Shown here piece after piece: positions 37,435 through 45,783 of a stretch of DNA of 64,000 nt. The stretch is from a virus. The DNA lies in the IMG/VR virus record IMGVR_UViG_3300027754_000047, positions 65,473-129,472 of that record; one strand, written 5' to 3'. Within the stretch, counting starts at the first letter, position 1, and each line of letters opens with the position of its first letter. A model generated the notes under the pieces. The model was not told the origin of the DNA. It saw only the letters and a list, made by a program, of their open reading frames with translations, and did not search any database. The position numbers and the translations under genes are program-made.

Positions 37435-37733
37435 TAGCCTCGCTTCTTATGGCTCTTGCCTATCTTAGTGGGGTCTACTCTAGCCCCTAGCCTGTAGAGT
37501 GCTTTAGCAATGTCGGCAGCAGTACGATCAATTGCTTCTTCGTCGATATCCCAAAAACAACCGTGTAAGCATTCGTGAATGAAGACTTCAAGGAACTCTT
37601 GATTCTTCTTAATCCGAGTGCTCATCTTTAATTGCTTACGAGCGTAAGTAGGTGGATCTATTTGACCCCTAATGGATGGGCCTAAGTCTGCTCGAATTAC
37701 TGACCAAGTTTTATCCCTTAGTTTAACTTTCAC
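37434..37733 (-). CDS. Small HExxH zincin-like metallopeptidase-domain protein
   Basis: EVFIHECLHG followed by DEE; 99 aa. Confidence 0.7.
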   Translation of the reverse strand: MKVKLRDKTWSVIRADLGPSIRGQIDPPTYARKQLKMSTRIKKNQEFLEVFIHECLHGCFWDIDEEAIDRTAADIAKALYRLGARVDPTKIGKSHKKRG

Positions 37734-37742
37734 AGTAACACC

Positions 37743-38036
37743 TCATATCCAAAAAGTAATAGCTATTTTTTTAGGCTCGGCAGGAGCCTCAGGCAGCTCC
37801 TGGCAAGTATGTAGATCATATAGCGTACCACTAGAACACGCAAGATACCTATTATTAATGATTGAAAATCTTTCTGGTACTGTTGGCTGAGCCTGGACTA
37901 CCCTCATTATTTCAGCAATAATAGCGATATCGTATCCTGCTAATTTCAGGGCGCAGCAAATAGGTAAGAAAAGCTCTTTATTTGATTCAACTTGAATAAA
38001 AAGCTTTTCTTCCGCTTTAGTTAATACGTCGTTCAT
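37743..38036 (-). CDS. Hypothetical protein
   Basis: 97-aa ORF, ATGA-coupled. Confidence 0.55.
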   Translation of the reverse strand: MNDVLTKAEEKLFIQVESNKELFLPICCALKLAGYDIAIIAEIMRVVQAQPTVPERFSIINNRYLACSSGTLYDLHTCQELPEAPAEPKKIAITFWI

Positions 38037-38299
38037 ACTCGAATTGATTTCTTATTCCATTGAGCTGGTAGTAGCAGCCAGTGGCCTCGTTGAGGCCATA
38101 ACTCGCCGTTAGTCATATTTTCTGCACTCTTAACAAACTTGTTTAAGCCGTAAGAGCCAAACCCTTGGTCCTTAGCGTAGTTTGATACAAAGCGCTGGGC
38201 TTCCGGACTCGTAAGGGCTAAGCTGTGCTCTGCTTCCAGGTAGACTTGTAATCCAGCGTCAGTAAGTTCGTGCTTCTTTTCAGGTGATAAGCGTAACAT
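38033..38299 (-). CDS. Hypothetical protein
   Basis: ATG 38299 preceded by a GAGGA RBS. Confidence 0.55.
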   Translation of the reverse strand: MLRLSPEKKHELTDAGLQVYLEAEHSLALTSPEAQRFVSNYAKDQGFGSYGLNKFVKSAENMTNGELWPQRGHWLLLPAQWNKKSIRV

Positions 38300-39194
38300 G
38301 TTCTGGTTCCTCAAAGGGGTTTTCTAGCGGGTTACTTGTAAACTCAGCTACTGCAGCATATACCTTGGGGTTTATGGCTTTAAGTTTATGCTCTATTTTT
38401 TGAATAGTCTCCATAAGCTTCTTAGGGTCTTGCGCTAACTTTAACTTAGCATCTTGCATATGGGTGAGTTTAACTTCAGGGTTATCCAGTTGTTGGTGTA
38501 TTTCCCGTTCGGTCAAAATAAACTCTGGCCGTTTACCGTACTCACACTGTAACAGGTATGAACCCCATAACTGCTCAAATACGGGCATTAAGGGTTTAAT
38601 AGCTTCAGCTTCTACTGCATCTAGGTCTCGTAAGCCGTTCAAACTGTCAACAAAGGCTAAGACATATTCTGCGTATTTACTTATAGCAACAGTGTCGTTG
38701 CCGCCAAAGATAGCCATATTCATTGGAGTGCGGTTGTAGTAGTACTTATCCTGCAGCCTAGGCATTCCCTTGATCTTATCAGCGGATTGTAACCAGCCTT
38801 CATAAATAGGCCAGCCAAAGGATTCTCCGTGCAAGCTTACTACGTCGGCTTGATGTACTCGGCTAGGTAAAGGCTCCCACAAGAATAAGTCATTATCGAA
38901 GTGCAGAAAGGGTTCTTTACTCTTATACGCCTCAAACTTACTGTGCACCCAAAAGCGCTTACTAGAATTAAAGGCAGGGCCAATACTCGTTATTTTGGTG
39001 TAAGGCAAAGCACAAGCTTCAGCCATAGCCGCACCTGCATCGTCAGTTATAAATTCAAACGAATCGTAATGCTGCGCAATACTGGCTGCAGATAAAGCCA
39101 TTACTTGAATGCGAGTTTTTAGTAAGGCCGGGCCGCCAAACGATTCTAAGGCAGGCCTAATATCTTCGGATCTAAACGATTGAATGGCTTTCAT
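38280..39194 (-). CDS. DUF6734-like putative glycosyltransferase (GT-A, DxD motif)
   Basis: MALSAAS..HYD..EFITDDAG...LPYT, FWVHSKFEAY, PFLHFDNDLFLW, NMAIFGGND, FEQ. Confidence 0.75.
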   Translation of the reverse strand: MKAIQSFRSEDIRPALESFGGPALLKTRIQVMALSAASIAQHYDSFEFITDDAGAAMAEACALPYTKITSIGPAFNSSKRFWVHSKFEAYKSKEPFLHFDNDLFLWEPLPSRVHQADVVSLHGESFGWPIYEGWLQSADKIKGMPRLQDKYYYNRTPMNMAIFGGNDTVAISKYAEYVLAFVDSLNGLRDLDAVEAEAIKPLMPVFEQLWGSYLLQCEYGKRPEFILTEREIHQQLDNPEVKLTHMQDAKLKLAQDPKKLMETIQKIEHKLKAINPKVYAAVAEFTSNPLENPFEEPEHVTLIT

Positions 39195-40195
39195 AGGTAC
39201 TGTTCGCCGTAGCCAAATAAGTAGACACTATTGAATTGCATGGTGCCTGTTTTATCTACAATCAAACCCTTTGTCAAATCGCCTTCAGCAAACTGCGTCG
39301 ATGGAGTAGATGGGGGAAATCCCCCTGCACAACCGCAGCGGTCGGTTATTGTTATGTAACAATCAACTCCGGTGCAAAAAGGACTAGGAATTGGAGTATC
39401 GCTGCTACAATAACTTCCATCAGCGCAAGGGTCACTTGCAGCGCAGTTGCAACCGCTAGGGTATTTTTCTCCGCAGGTAATCCCGTCCGGACAACAAGTA
39501 ATAATACTCGGGTTAAAAGATCCATTGCCGTCGCAGCAAGTGCCGCAACCGGCAGCGTTGCAAGTAAAAACAATTCCTGGTGGATCTGTAGCGTCACAGT
39601 CACACCCAGCGCAGGTATTTACCGGGTAACAGTAAGTACCGTCTGTTTCTGGTATTTGGTCATCTGGATTCGGGGCTGTACAAGTACCAGGCCCACAACT
39701 CCACGAAGAGGTGCCTCCGCCTACTATGGTTATACAACAACATAATGGTTGCGGTGGCGGACTACAACACTCTTCCGGGGGGCAGTTAGGTACTGGCGGA
39801 CAAGGCTCTATGCAAGGTTGAACTAGGCAGCCGGTAGCTTCTGGGCCGCAGGCTACGCAGCCATATTCGTAGCAGAAATTGTTACACTCTTCTATGCAGG
39901 TGGCCAGATCTTCTGGCCAAGCCCCATCTACGCAAGGAATTTCGGTGTTAAAATTTACAGTAGGAGGTACGTTCACGCCACATATAGTTCTACCTCGCTC
40001 TACGCAAGCTTCTAACGACTTAGCGCAAGTTCGTGTAATATGCCTTACATTAAGTGGAGGGTTTTCCACCGTCGGATCATACCCGGCGCAAGCTAGCCCT
40101 CCGCCTGTAATACACGGCCCGAGTTCGTCACAAGTGATGCAGCAAGGGTAGAGATTTTCCCCGCAGCAGCAAGGTTGTTGCTCGATACCGCTCAT
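39191..40195 (-). CDS. Extremely Cys/Pro-rich protein (putative virion surface protein)
   Basis: About 47 Cys in 334 aa by manual count; CCC, CC and CxC clusters. Confidence 0.7.
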   Translation of the reverse strand: MSGIEQQPCCCGENLYPCCITCDELGPCITGGGLACAGYDPTVENPPLNVRHITRTCAKSLEACVERGRTICGVNVPPTVNFNTEIPCVDGAWPEDLATCIEECNNFCYEYGCVACGPEATGCLVQPCIEPCPPVPNCPPEECCSPPPQPLCCCITIVGGGTSSWSCGPGTCTAPNPDDQIPETDGTYCYPVNTCAGCDCDATDPPGIVFTCNAAGCGTCCDGNGSFNPSIITCCPDGITCGEKYPSGCNCAASDPCADGSYCSSDTPIPSPFCTGVDCYITITDRCGCAGGFPPSTPSTQFAEGDLTKGLIVDKTGTMQFNSVYLFGYGEQYL

Positions 40196-40476
40196 CGCTC
40201 AACGAAACCCAACCCTACTCCGAAGACAAAGGTTTCTACATCTAGGGCTCGCTTAAGTCGATCTAACTCTAGGTCAGATGCACCTTTAAGTGCATTGATT
40301 AACTCGGTATTAGTAGCGGCAGTGCGGCGGCGTTTAGCGCAAGCTGAACAAGTACCTGGATTTTCAACTGCGTGCATAGCAGTATGTGCGGCCATTACAG
40401 CCGGACTGGCTTCTCGAGCAGCTAAGTTATCGATTAAAGTACCAACGGTTGCATGGGTGACGGCAAACTTTTTCAC
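40192..40476 (-). CDS. Small CxxC protein
   Basis: GTCSACAKRRR; ATGA-coupled to the Cys-rich gene. Confidence 0.6.
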   Translation of the reverse strand: MKKFAVTHATVGTLIDNLAAREASPAVMAAHTAMHAVENPGTCSACAKRRRTAATNTELINALKGASDLELDRLKRALDVETFVFGVGLGFVER

Positions 40477-40487
40477 AGGGGACCTCG

Positions 40488-40895
40488 TTAAAAAGCAGGA
40501 GTGGTGTGGGTTATTGAACTGTTTAATTGCTGCAACATATTTCCTTTAACGCCTTCTACTAGTAAGTCTAGTTGATTTTGCATTAAGGTTAAGGCCGCTT
40601 GCATGGTAATTTCATTGTAAAATATCAAAGTCCAATTGTCCATTCGATACAACTTTTGCCCAACATTTGGATTAAGTTTACCGAATTCTGCAAAGTCAAT
40701 AGCTTTAACTAAACCGTAGAAAACATCTACTGGGCCGATTAAACGATTAGTTCGTTCAATCAATAACAAGTACCCGTCGTATGAGCTAGTGTCTGCGGGA
40801 TCGTTTAGGCTGGTAGTTATTTTGACACTATACACCGGATCTTGCTGCTCGTTGCGGGCGATAGTTGTTTTAAAGTTTATAGTAAAGTTTGCCAT
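40488..40895 (-). CDS. Hypothetical protein
   Basis: 135-aa ORF with TAATG coupling. Confidence 0.6.
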   Translation of the reverse strand: MANFTINFKTTIARNEQQDPVYSVKITTSLNDPADTSSYDGYLLLIERTNRLIGPVDVFYGLVKAIDFAEFGKLNPNVGQKLYRMDNWTLIFYNEITMQAALTLMQNQLDLLVEGVKGNMLQQLNSSITHTTPAF

Positions 40896-41164
40896 TAAAA
40901 GGTTCCTCCATCTAAAGCTGGGTTAGCCAGAAATCTACCCGAGGCTGAGTCAAACACCAGTACGTAACCGTCGACTAAGCCGTTGAAATTAAACCTACTA
41001 GCTACGCTGGTTAGGTCTATTACCGAACCGGTAGCTCCTAAAGTGTACAGCTTACTGTCAGCAATATTTAATGCTAGTTCGCCTGGTAACAGTTCTACTG
41101 GACTAGGCTTTACTCCTGCGGTGTAGGAATGTCGGTGAATTACACTCTTATACTCTATTTTCAT
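40895..41164 (-). CDS. Short tail-fibre-anchor-like protein
   Basis: HSYTAGVKP...LLPGELALNIADSKLY resembles the N-terminus of T4 gp34-type fibres; ends LDGGTF. ATG at 41164 preferred as start. Confidence 0.6.
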   Translation of the reverse strand: MKIEYKSVIHRHSYTAGVKPSPVELLPGELALNIADSKLYTLGATGSVIDLTSVASRFNFNGLVDGYVLVFDSASGRFLANPALDGGTF

Positions 41165-42284
41165 TGCTTTCAATTCCAAAGAAGGTTCCAGCTGACGTTA
41201 GGGATCTAAAAGGCATGAGTGAAGTGGCTGGACTACTGGTGCCCTGTTCTTCACATTCTCCCGCCAAGGCGTTGGGCACGTCTACAAACCAAGTCAACTC
41301 ACAATTACATTGTTCTGTTGCGTCCCCATTCGAATTAGAATTCCAAGGTATTAAGCCGTACACTAATACTTGCGTACCTTGGGTTAAAGGCTGCGGCTTT
41401 AAGCCCTTACCTATAGTATAGTTTAAATCTACGCCAGGAGTTAAGGTTGGCCCTGTGTGGTTTTCTTTAATATTATAGCAGTAAGCGCTGGCGGCCCCTG
41501 GTAAGTTCTCCGAGTAGGTAGCCCAGCCTGCAATAGGGCAGCCCCAACATTGATTAGCAGCAATAACGCAAACAGCAGGATACCACTTGTAGCGCCAAGC
41601 ATACGGAATAGCCGCAACAGTTGAGTCTGGCCCCTGAAAAGTGTTTAGTACGCCGTCGGTGCCAGTGATCTCTGCTAATATGGGCCCAATTATGCTGAAC
41701 TTACTCGCAAGCCTTGCATACGCTTGCCTGAACTCGCAAACAGGTAAGCTTGAGTTGCAATCTAGGTTAGGCTTAGGTAAGAATCCTACTGCTCCGTCTG
41801 CGTTAGCAAAGAACGCTTCAGGAGTAGCGTAGGCGGCGCAACTATCCGGAGTTATACGAAAGATGCCGCCGTACAGCGTTAGCCCCCACCCCCTAACCGT
41901 TGGGCTACCGCCACCGGAAAAGAAACTGGACTTTGTTATTAATTCTAAATCTATTTGCGGTAAACAAGCATCGCCACCTATATAGTTAATCTTGCCCTTT
42001 AAAGACATACTAGCAGCAGCCGTATCGTCTTGCCTGTTGCTGATTTGTAAGCTAACGGGATTACAGCCTACGTCTGCTGGCGGCGGCGGATTCCAAGGGC
42101 GGCTAACTATATCGTTAACGCACTTAGCGACTTCAGGCGGATCGACAATAGTTGGCCCACAAAAACAAATATCCAAAAGTTCATTACATAGCGGATAATC
42201 TTCAGCCCTAACAATGCAGGTGTTAGAGTTAGGGCGCCATAAGGAAACTATGGGTATTGGGTGCGGGTCGAGTTGATTAGGCAT
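41148..42284 (-). CDS. Cys-rich hypothetical tail-region protein
   Basis: 378 aa, many Cys and Pro; C-terminal WFVDVPNALAGEC. Confidence 0.6.
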   Translation of the reverse strand: MPNQLDPHPIPIVSLWRPNSNTCIVRAEDYPLCNELLDICFCGPTIVDPPEVAKCVNDIVSRPWNPPPPADVGCNPVSLQISNRQDDTAAASMSLKGKINYIGGDACLPQIDLELITKSSFFSGGGSPTVRGWGLTLYGGIFRITPDSCAAYATPEAFFANADGAVGFLPKPNLDCNSSLPVCEFRQAYARLASKFSIIGPILAEITGTDGVLNTFQGPDSTVAAIPYAWRYKWYPAVCVIAANQCWGCPIAGWATYSENLPGAASAYCYNIKENHTGPTLTPGVDLNYTIGKGLKPQPLTQGTQVLVYGLIPWNSNSNGDATEQCNCELTWFVDVPNALAGECEEQGTSSPATSLMPFRSLTSAGTFFGIESNENRV

Positions 42285-42296
42285 AGCGGTATTATA
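42285..42296 (-). promoter_or_regulatory. Putative leaderless -10 element (TATAAT, 6 nt before ATG)
   Basis: Minus strand reads TATAAT-accgct-ATG(42284). Confidence 0.55.
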
Positions 42297-42317
42297 TAAT
42301 GAACTTAACCAATTAAC

Positions 42318-43343
42318 TTATTGGCAAAGGTCCGGTACTGGTGGGCAATTAGCATCCAACGCACTACTGTTAAGCCCTATTACTATAAATTTGGCTATGT
42401 GGGGGTAGGCGCCTGCTAATGCCTGAGTTTTAAAGGCTTCAGGTAGCTTTGAGTAAGAATAAGCGCCTACTGTCAACGGGTATTGGCCCTTAATCTCTAA
42501 AGCGCCTGTGTCGTCCGGACTAGCCCCTGCTAAGCTATACACAGCATCCGTACATAGCACGTCCTTAACGGTAGGTAGGCGGTCACCCCATTTTCCACAT
42601 TTTTCAACAACAGTGCCGTTGTTACCCTTAACCGCAGCTATGATTACAGTGTTAGAGTACTCTTGTAAGGTGATTGAGCAGTTAGCTCCTTGCAATAACG
42701 TTACAGCTCCTGTAACCGGCTCAGATTGAACACTATAGTTATCCGTCGTATTGGGTGCGTGTAATAGCAAAGGTTTAGCGTAATCGCAAACAAAATAATC
42801 TACTCGATGGCTGCCTATTACCGCTACTGTAGTGGGCTCTAAGCATACTGGCCCCTGCGTGAATGAGCCGGCGGTCGAGCCAATAACAGGCACCCCGCCG
42901 TTAGCTTCAAACGCAGCCCACAACTCTGCTAGGTTGTCTAGGCAAATATAGCCGTCCATAGCAGTTATAAAAGCAGCTACTGCAGTGCAGTCGGTTAAAT
43001 CAAAGTAAGCCCGAATATAGGGCTCCGTAGCGTAAGCTGCTGTTCTATCAAAGGTAAGGCTTAGCTTTAACGCCGGATCGTACTTTATGCTTGCTTGATG
43101 CCCCTCCCCCGTGGGGATTTGAGTAGACCCTACGAGGTTAAAGTTAAGGGTAAGCGTTGTAGATGTGGTTATGCAGGCTTTAAGCTGCCCGACTAGTAAA
43201 TACGGCAAGGCGGCTGCATACACATTAAAACGTATGTCTATTAGCCCTGCTTTTAAAGCGGCTGCTTGGGGATCGCTTAAGCCTGTAGTAAGGGCTTTAT
43301 ACGGCCGTAAAGGGTAGTCTGTTGCTTTAAATTCAGTGTACAT
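42318..43343 (-). CDS. Tail-module paralog (YP start motif, SxNG-PD motif)
   Basis: TDYPL; VTGAVTLLQGANCSI; VYSLAGASPDDTGALEI. Confidence 0.65.
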   Translation of the reverse strand: MYTEFKATDYPLRPYKALTTGLSDPQAAALKAGLIDIRFNVYAAALPYLLVGQLKACITTSTTLTLNFNLVGSTQIPTGEGHQASIKYDPALKLSLTFDRTAAYATEPYIRAYFDLTDCTAVAAFITAMDGYICLDNLAELWAAFEANGGVPVIGSTAGSFTQGPVCLEPTTVAVIGSHRVDYFVCDYAKPLLLHAPNTTDNYSVQSEPVTGAVTLLQGANCSITLQEYSNTVIIAAVKGNNGTVVEKCGKWGDRLPTVKDVLCTDAVYSLAGASPDDTGALEIKGQYPLTVGAYSYSKLPEAFKTQALAGAYPHIAKFIVIGLNSSALDANCPPVPDLCQ

Positions 43344-44239
43344 TAGGCCCCTGCTAAGCTAAAGGTAAGTGAGTTGCCTTGCACCGTGAGGCGAAATGCC
43401 GGCCGGGCTTCAAGTTCTAGTCCGTTGTCGGTGAATAAAGCTAAATCAATAGACCCGTCAGCCCTTGCGCTATCGTGGCGTACCTTTAAGGTACTAGAAT
43501 AAGGTCCTATTAAGTTGCTTGCAGAATTCTTAACATAGTGCAATACGCTAATGCGTTCTAAGAATGGGGTTAACAAATCATCTAAGGTGCCATCGGTGCA
43601 ATCATAACGATTAAAGTGCGGATCCCCTACGATATCTATTCGAATGGTGTTTTCGTCAACTTTATGCACTTCAATTCCTGTTTCTCCTCTAATCTTAATT
43701 GCACCAGTTAGATCATTCAGACTAGTCACCTGGGGCCCTGGTAAGTACTCACAAACGCTAGGTAAAAAGCTTAGTTTACCTGGGGCTAACGGTAAATCTA
43801 CTTGGCCTAAGCTTTGTAATAAGGTTAAGCTGTTTAGGTTTACTACTAATGAACCTGTTGATTTATCGGCTAATTTAATGTCAACTAAAACGTGACTAAC
43901 CTCGTAGCTATTATTTGCCAATGTGGAGCCAACAGTATCTCCGTAGTAATGGTAAACGGTGTTGAGACTTGCTACAAAGCTAAAAGGAATATAGCCAGTA
44001 CCTATTACCTTGGCGGTACAGCTAAGCTCAATGCTTACTCCAACATCGGCTACTACTACCCTGCTTACGTAGGGAGTGGTAGTGGCGCCGTAAGTTCCAT
44101 TTAAATAAATACGGGCATCAAGTATTAGGTTTTGCGGTAAGAAGCCTACGCTACCTAAGCTAAGATCTGCGCTGTCTATAAACGGGTAGTTTCGTTGCCC
44201 GTTCTTATTACGCCATTCTAGGGTAGTTAATGAGTTCAT
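43343..44239 (-). CDS. Tail-module paralog
   Basis: EWRNKNGQRNYPF; VTSLNDLTGAIKIRGETGI. Confidence 0.65.
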   Translation of the reverse strand: MNSLTTLEWRNKNGQRNYPFIDSADLSLGSVGFLPQNLILDARIYLNGTYGATTTPYVSRVVVADVGVSIELSCTAKVIGTGYIPFSFVASLNTVYHYYGDTVGSTLANNSYEVSHVLVDIKLADKSTGSLVVNLNSLTLLQSLGQVDLPLAPGKLSFLPSVCEYLPGPQVTSLNDLTGAIKIRGETGIEVHKVDENTIRIDIVGDPHFNRYDCTDGTLDDLLTPFLERISVLHYVKNSASNLIGPYSSTLKVRHDSARADGSIDLALFTDNGLELEARPAFRLTVQGNSLTFSLAGA

Positions 44240-45783
44240 ACCGATTTACCTAATATGCTAATAGTTCTGAGCTGGGTTTGGCCTGCTACAGGTGAGTAAT
44301 TTTGAATAGCTGATCCGAATCCATTAGCGCCTAATGGCCCTCCGGCAACTAAGGTATTACCTTCGTAAACACCCCAAGCCTTAGTAGCTGCAAGCACTTT
44401 AACAGAATACGTTGCGTCTAAATTGTGTACGTACTGCCCGTAACTCCGCCGAAGGTAAGTACCCGTCCAAGGTAAGCTCATCGTTGCATTAACTACTAAT
44501 GCGTTGTAGTTGACAGCATCTAGCGCATTAGGTGGGCCCACCAATAATTGATAGGTTGTTCCGTTAAATGTAATATTACGCTGGCCCGTTAGGTTGTACT
44601 GCAGGGGGCCAAAGCAGCGCAAGCTGGGGCCCTCGTTGGTGTACAGTTGCCATTGGTTTATAGTAGTATCCAGGTGCAGTTCTACTAACTGCTCTCCTAG
44701 TAGGTATTGGCCGGTTACGGTTGGTTTAAAAATTGTAATGGCGGCCCTATGGGGGTGTTGTTGAGCTGCTGTGAATCTGTAGTACTCGTACCCAGTAGCA
44801 GAACTAGCTTCCAACAACACTTCAGTACCTGTTGTAATAAAGGTAGTAGGGTTTGGCGTACTCGCCAGTAGCAGTCGAGGCTCAACACATTCTATATTGG
44901 GAATAGCTAATCTAGGGCCGGTAAGAGACTCTAAAGCTACATCTGAACTTACTAGAAACCCGCCTGCTGGAATATCAGTGTCCCTTAACTTACCGTATAA
45001 AGGCTTATCTAGTACCAAAATAATTTCATTGATTCCCTGCAAATTACTAACAGGCTTTATTCCGTTAATTTGCGTTATAGGTTGAAAATTACAAGTAGCT
45101 GTTTCTGGGCGTTTACCACATTCGCCTACGTAGTTAGCTAGTTGGTCCTTTACGTCTGCGGTAGAGCCGGCAAAACCAAGGCTAATTGTTTGCCCATATT
45201 TGGTTGCTACTATGTTGTTTTGGCCTACTAAGGTTACTGCCCCACTTAGGGTGCTAACAAACCCCTCCTTAGCAAGGCTAGTTACTCCACCGTAGTTGTA
45301 CCGACTAACTACCGAACTGCATAAGCCTGCACTCGCAGGCCCAGCAAAAGACCAGTTAGCCACAAGTTTAATTCCGTGGCCAAAGGTAACCCAACCGCCT
45401 ACTCCGGGTAGCTGGCCGGTTATAGCAATTGGAGTCCCTGCTTGAGCTACAGTCCTTAGCGCAGTTACCGTACCTAATACTACCGCATGAAAAGCGGTGT
45501 ACTCGGCTGACTCGTAACTAGTCGATGGCGGCGATGCTGCATCATAGTAAAGGGCGGTTTGGCTGCCCATAATAATCATGCTTACTATTTCGCTACTTAC
45601 GTTAATGCTAGCTACGAATGCGGAGTTAGCCACAGCAGCCGGAATAGTTAAACGCATATCTGTCAACAAAGATTGGACAATAGAGATGTCTGCAGCAGTG
45701 TAAGGCTCATATGTAGCCCGCACATCTATAGGGTATTGTCGAAAGTTATTTTCGTTTAAGAAACTTTTTGCGACAACTCTCAT
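44236..45783 (-). CDS. Tail-module paralog with C-terminal extension
   Basis: FLNENNFRQYPI; LSGAVTLVGQNNI; CGKRPETATC..PITQINGIKP. Confidence 0.65.
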   Translation of the reverse strand: MRVVAKSFLNENNFRQYPIDVRATYEPYTAADISIVQSLLTDMRLTIPAAVANSAFVASINVSSEIVSMIIMGSQTALYYDAASPPSTSYESAEYTAFHAVVLGTVTALRTVAQAGTPIAITGQLPGVGGWVTFGHGIKLVANWSFAGPASAGLCSSVVSRYNYGGVTSLAKEGFVSTLSGAVTLVGQNNIVATKYGQTISLGFAGSTADVKDQLANYVGECGKRPETATCNFQPITQINGIKPVSNLQGINEIILVLDKPLYGKLRDTDIPAGGFLVSSDVALESLTGPRLAIPNIECVEPRLLLASTPNPTTFITTGTEVLLEASSATGYEYYRFTAAQQHPHRAAITIFKPTVTGQYLLGEQLVELHLDTTINQWQLYTNEGPSLRCFGPLQYNLTGQRNITFNGTTYQLLVGPPNALDAVNYNALVVNATMSLPWTGTYLRRSYGQYVHNLDATYSVKVLAATKAWGVYEGNTLVAGGPLGANGFGSAIQNYSPVAGQTQLRTISILGKSV

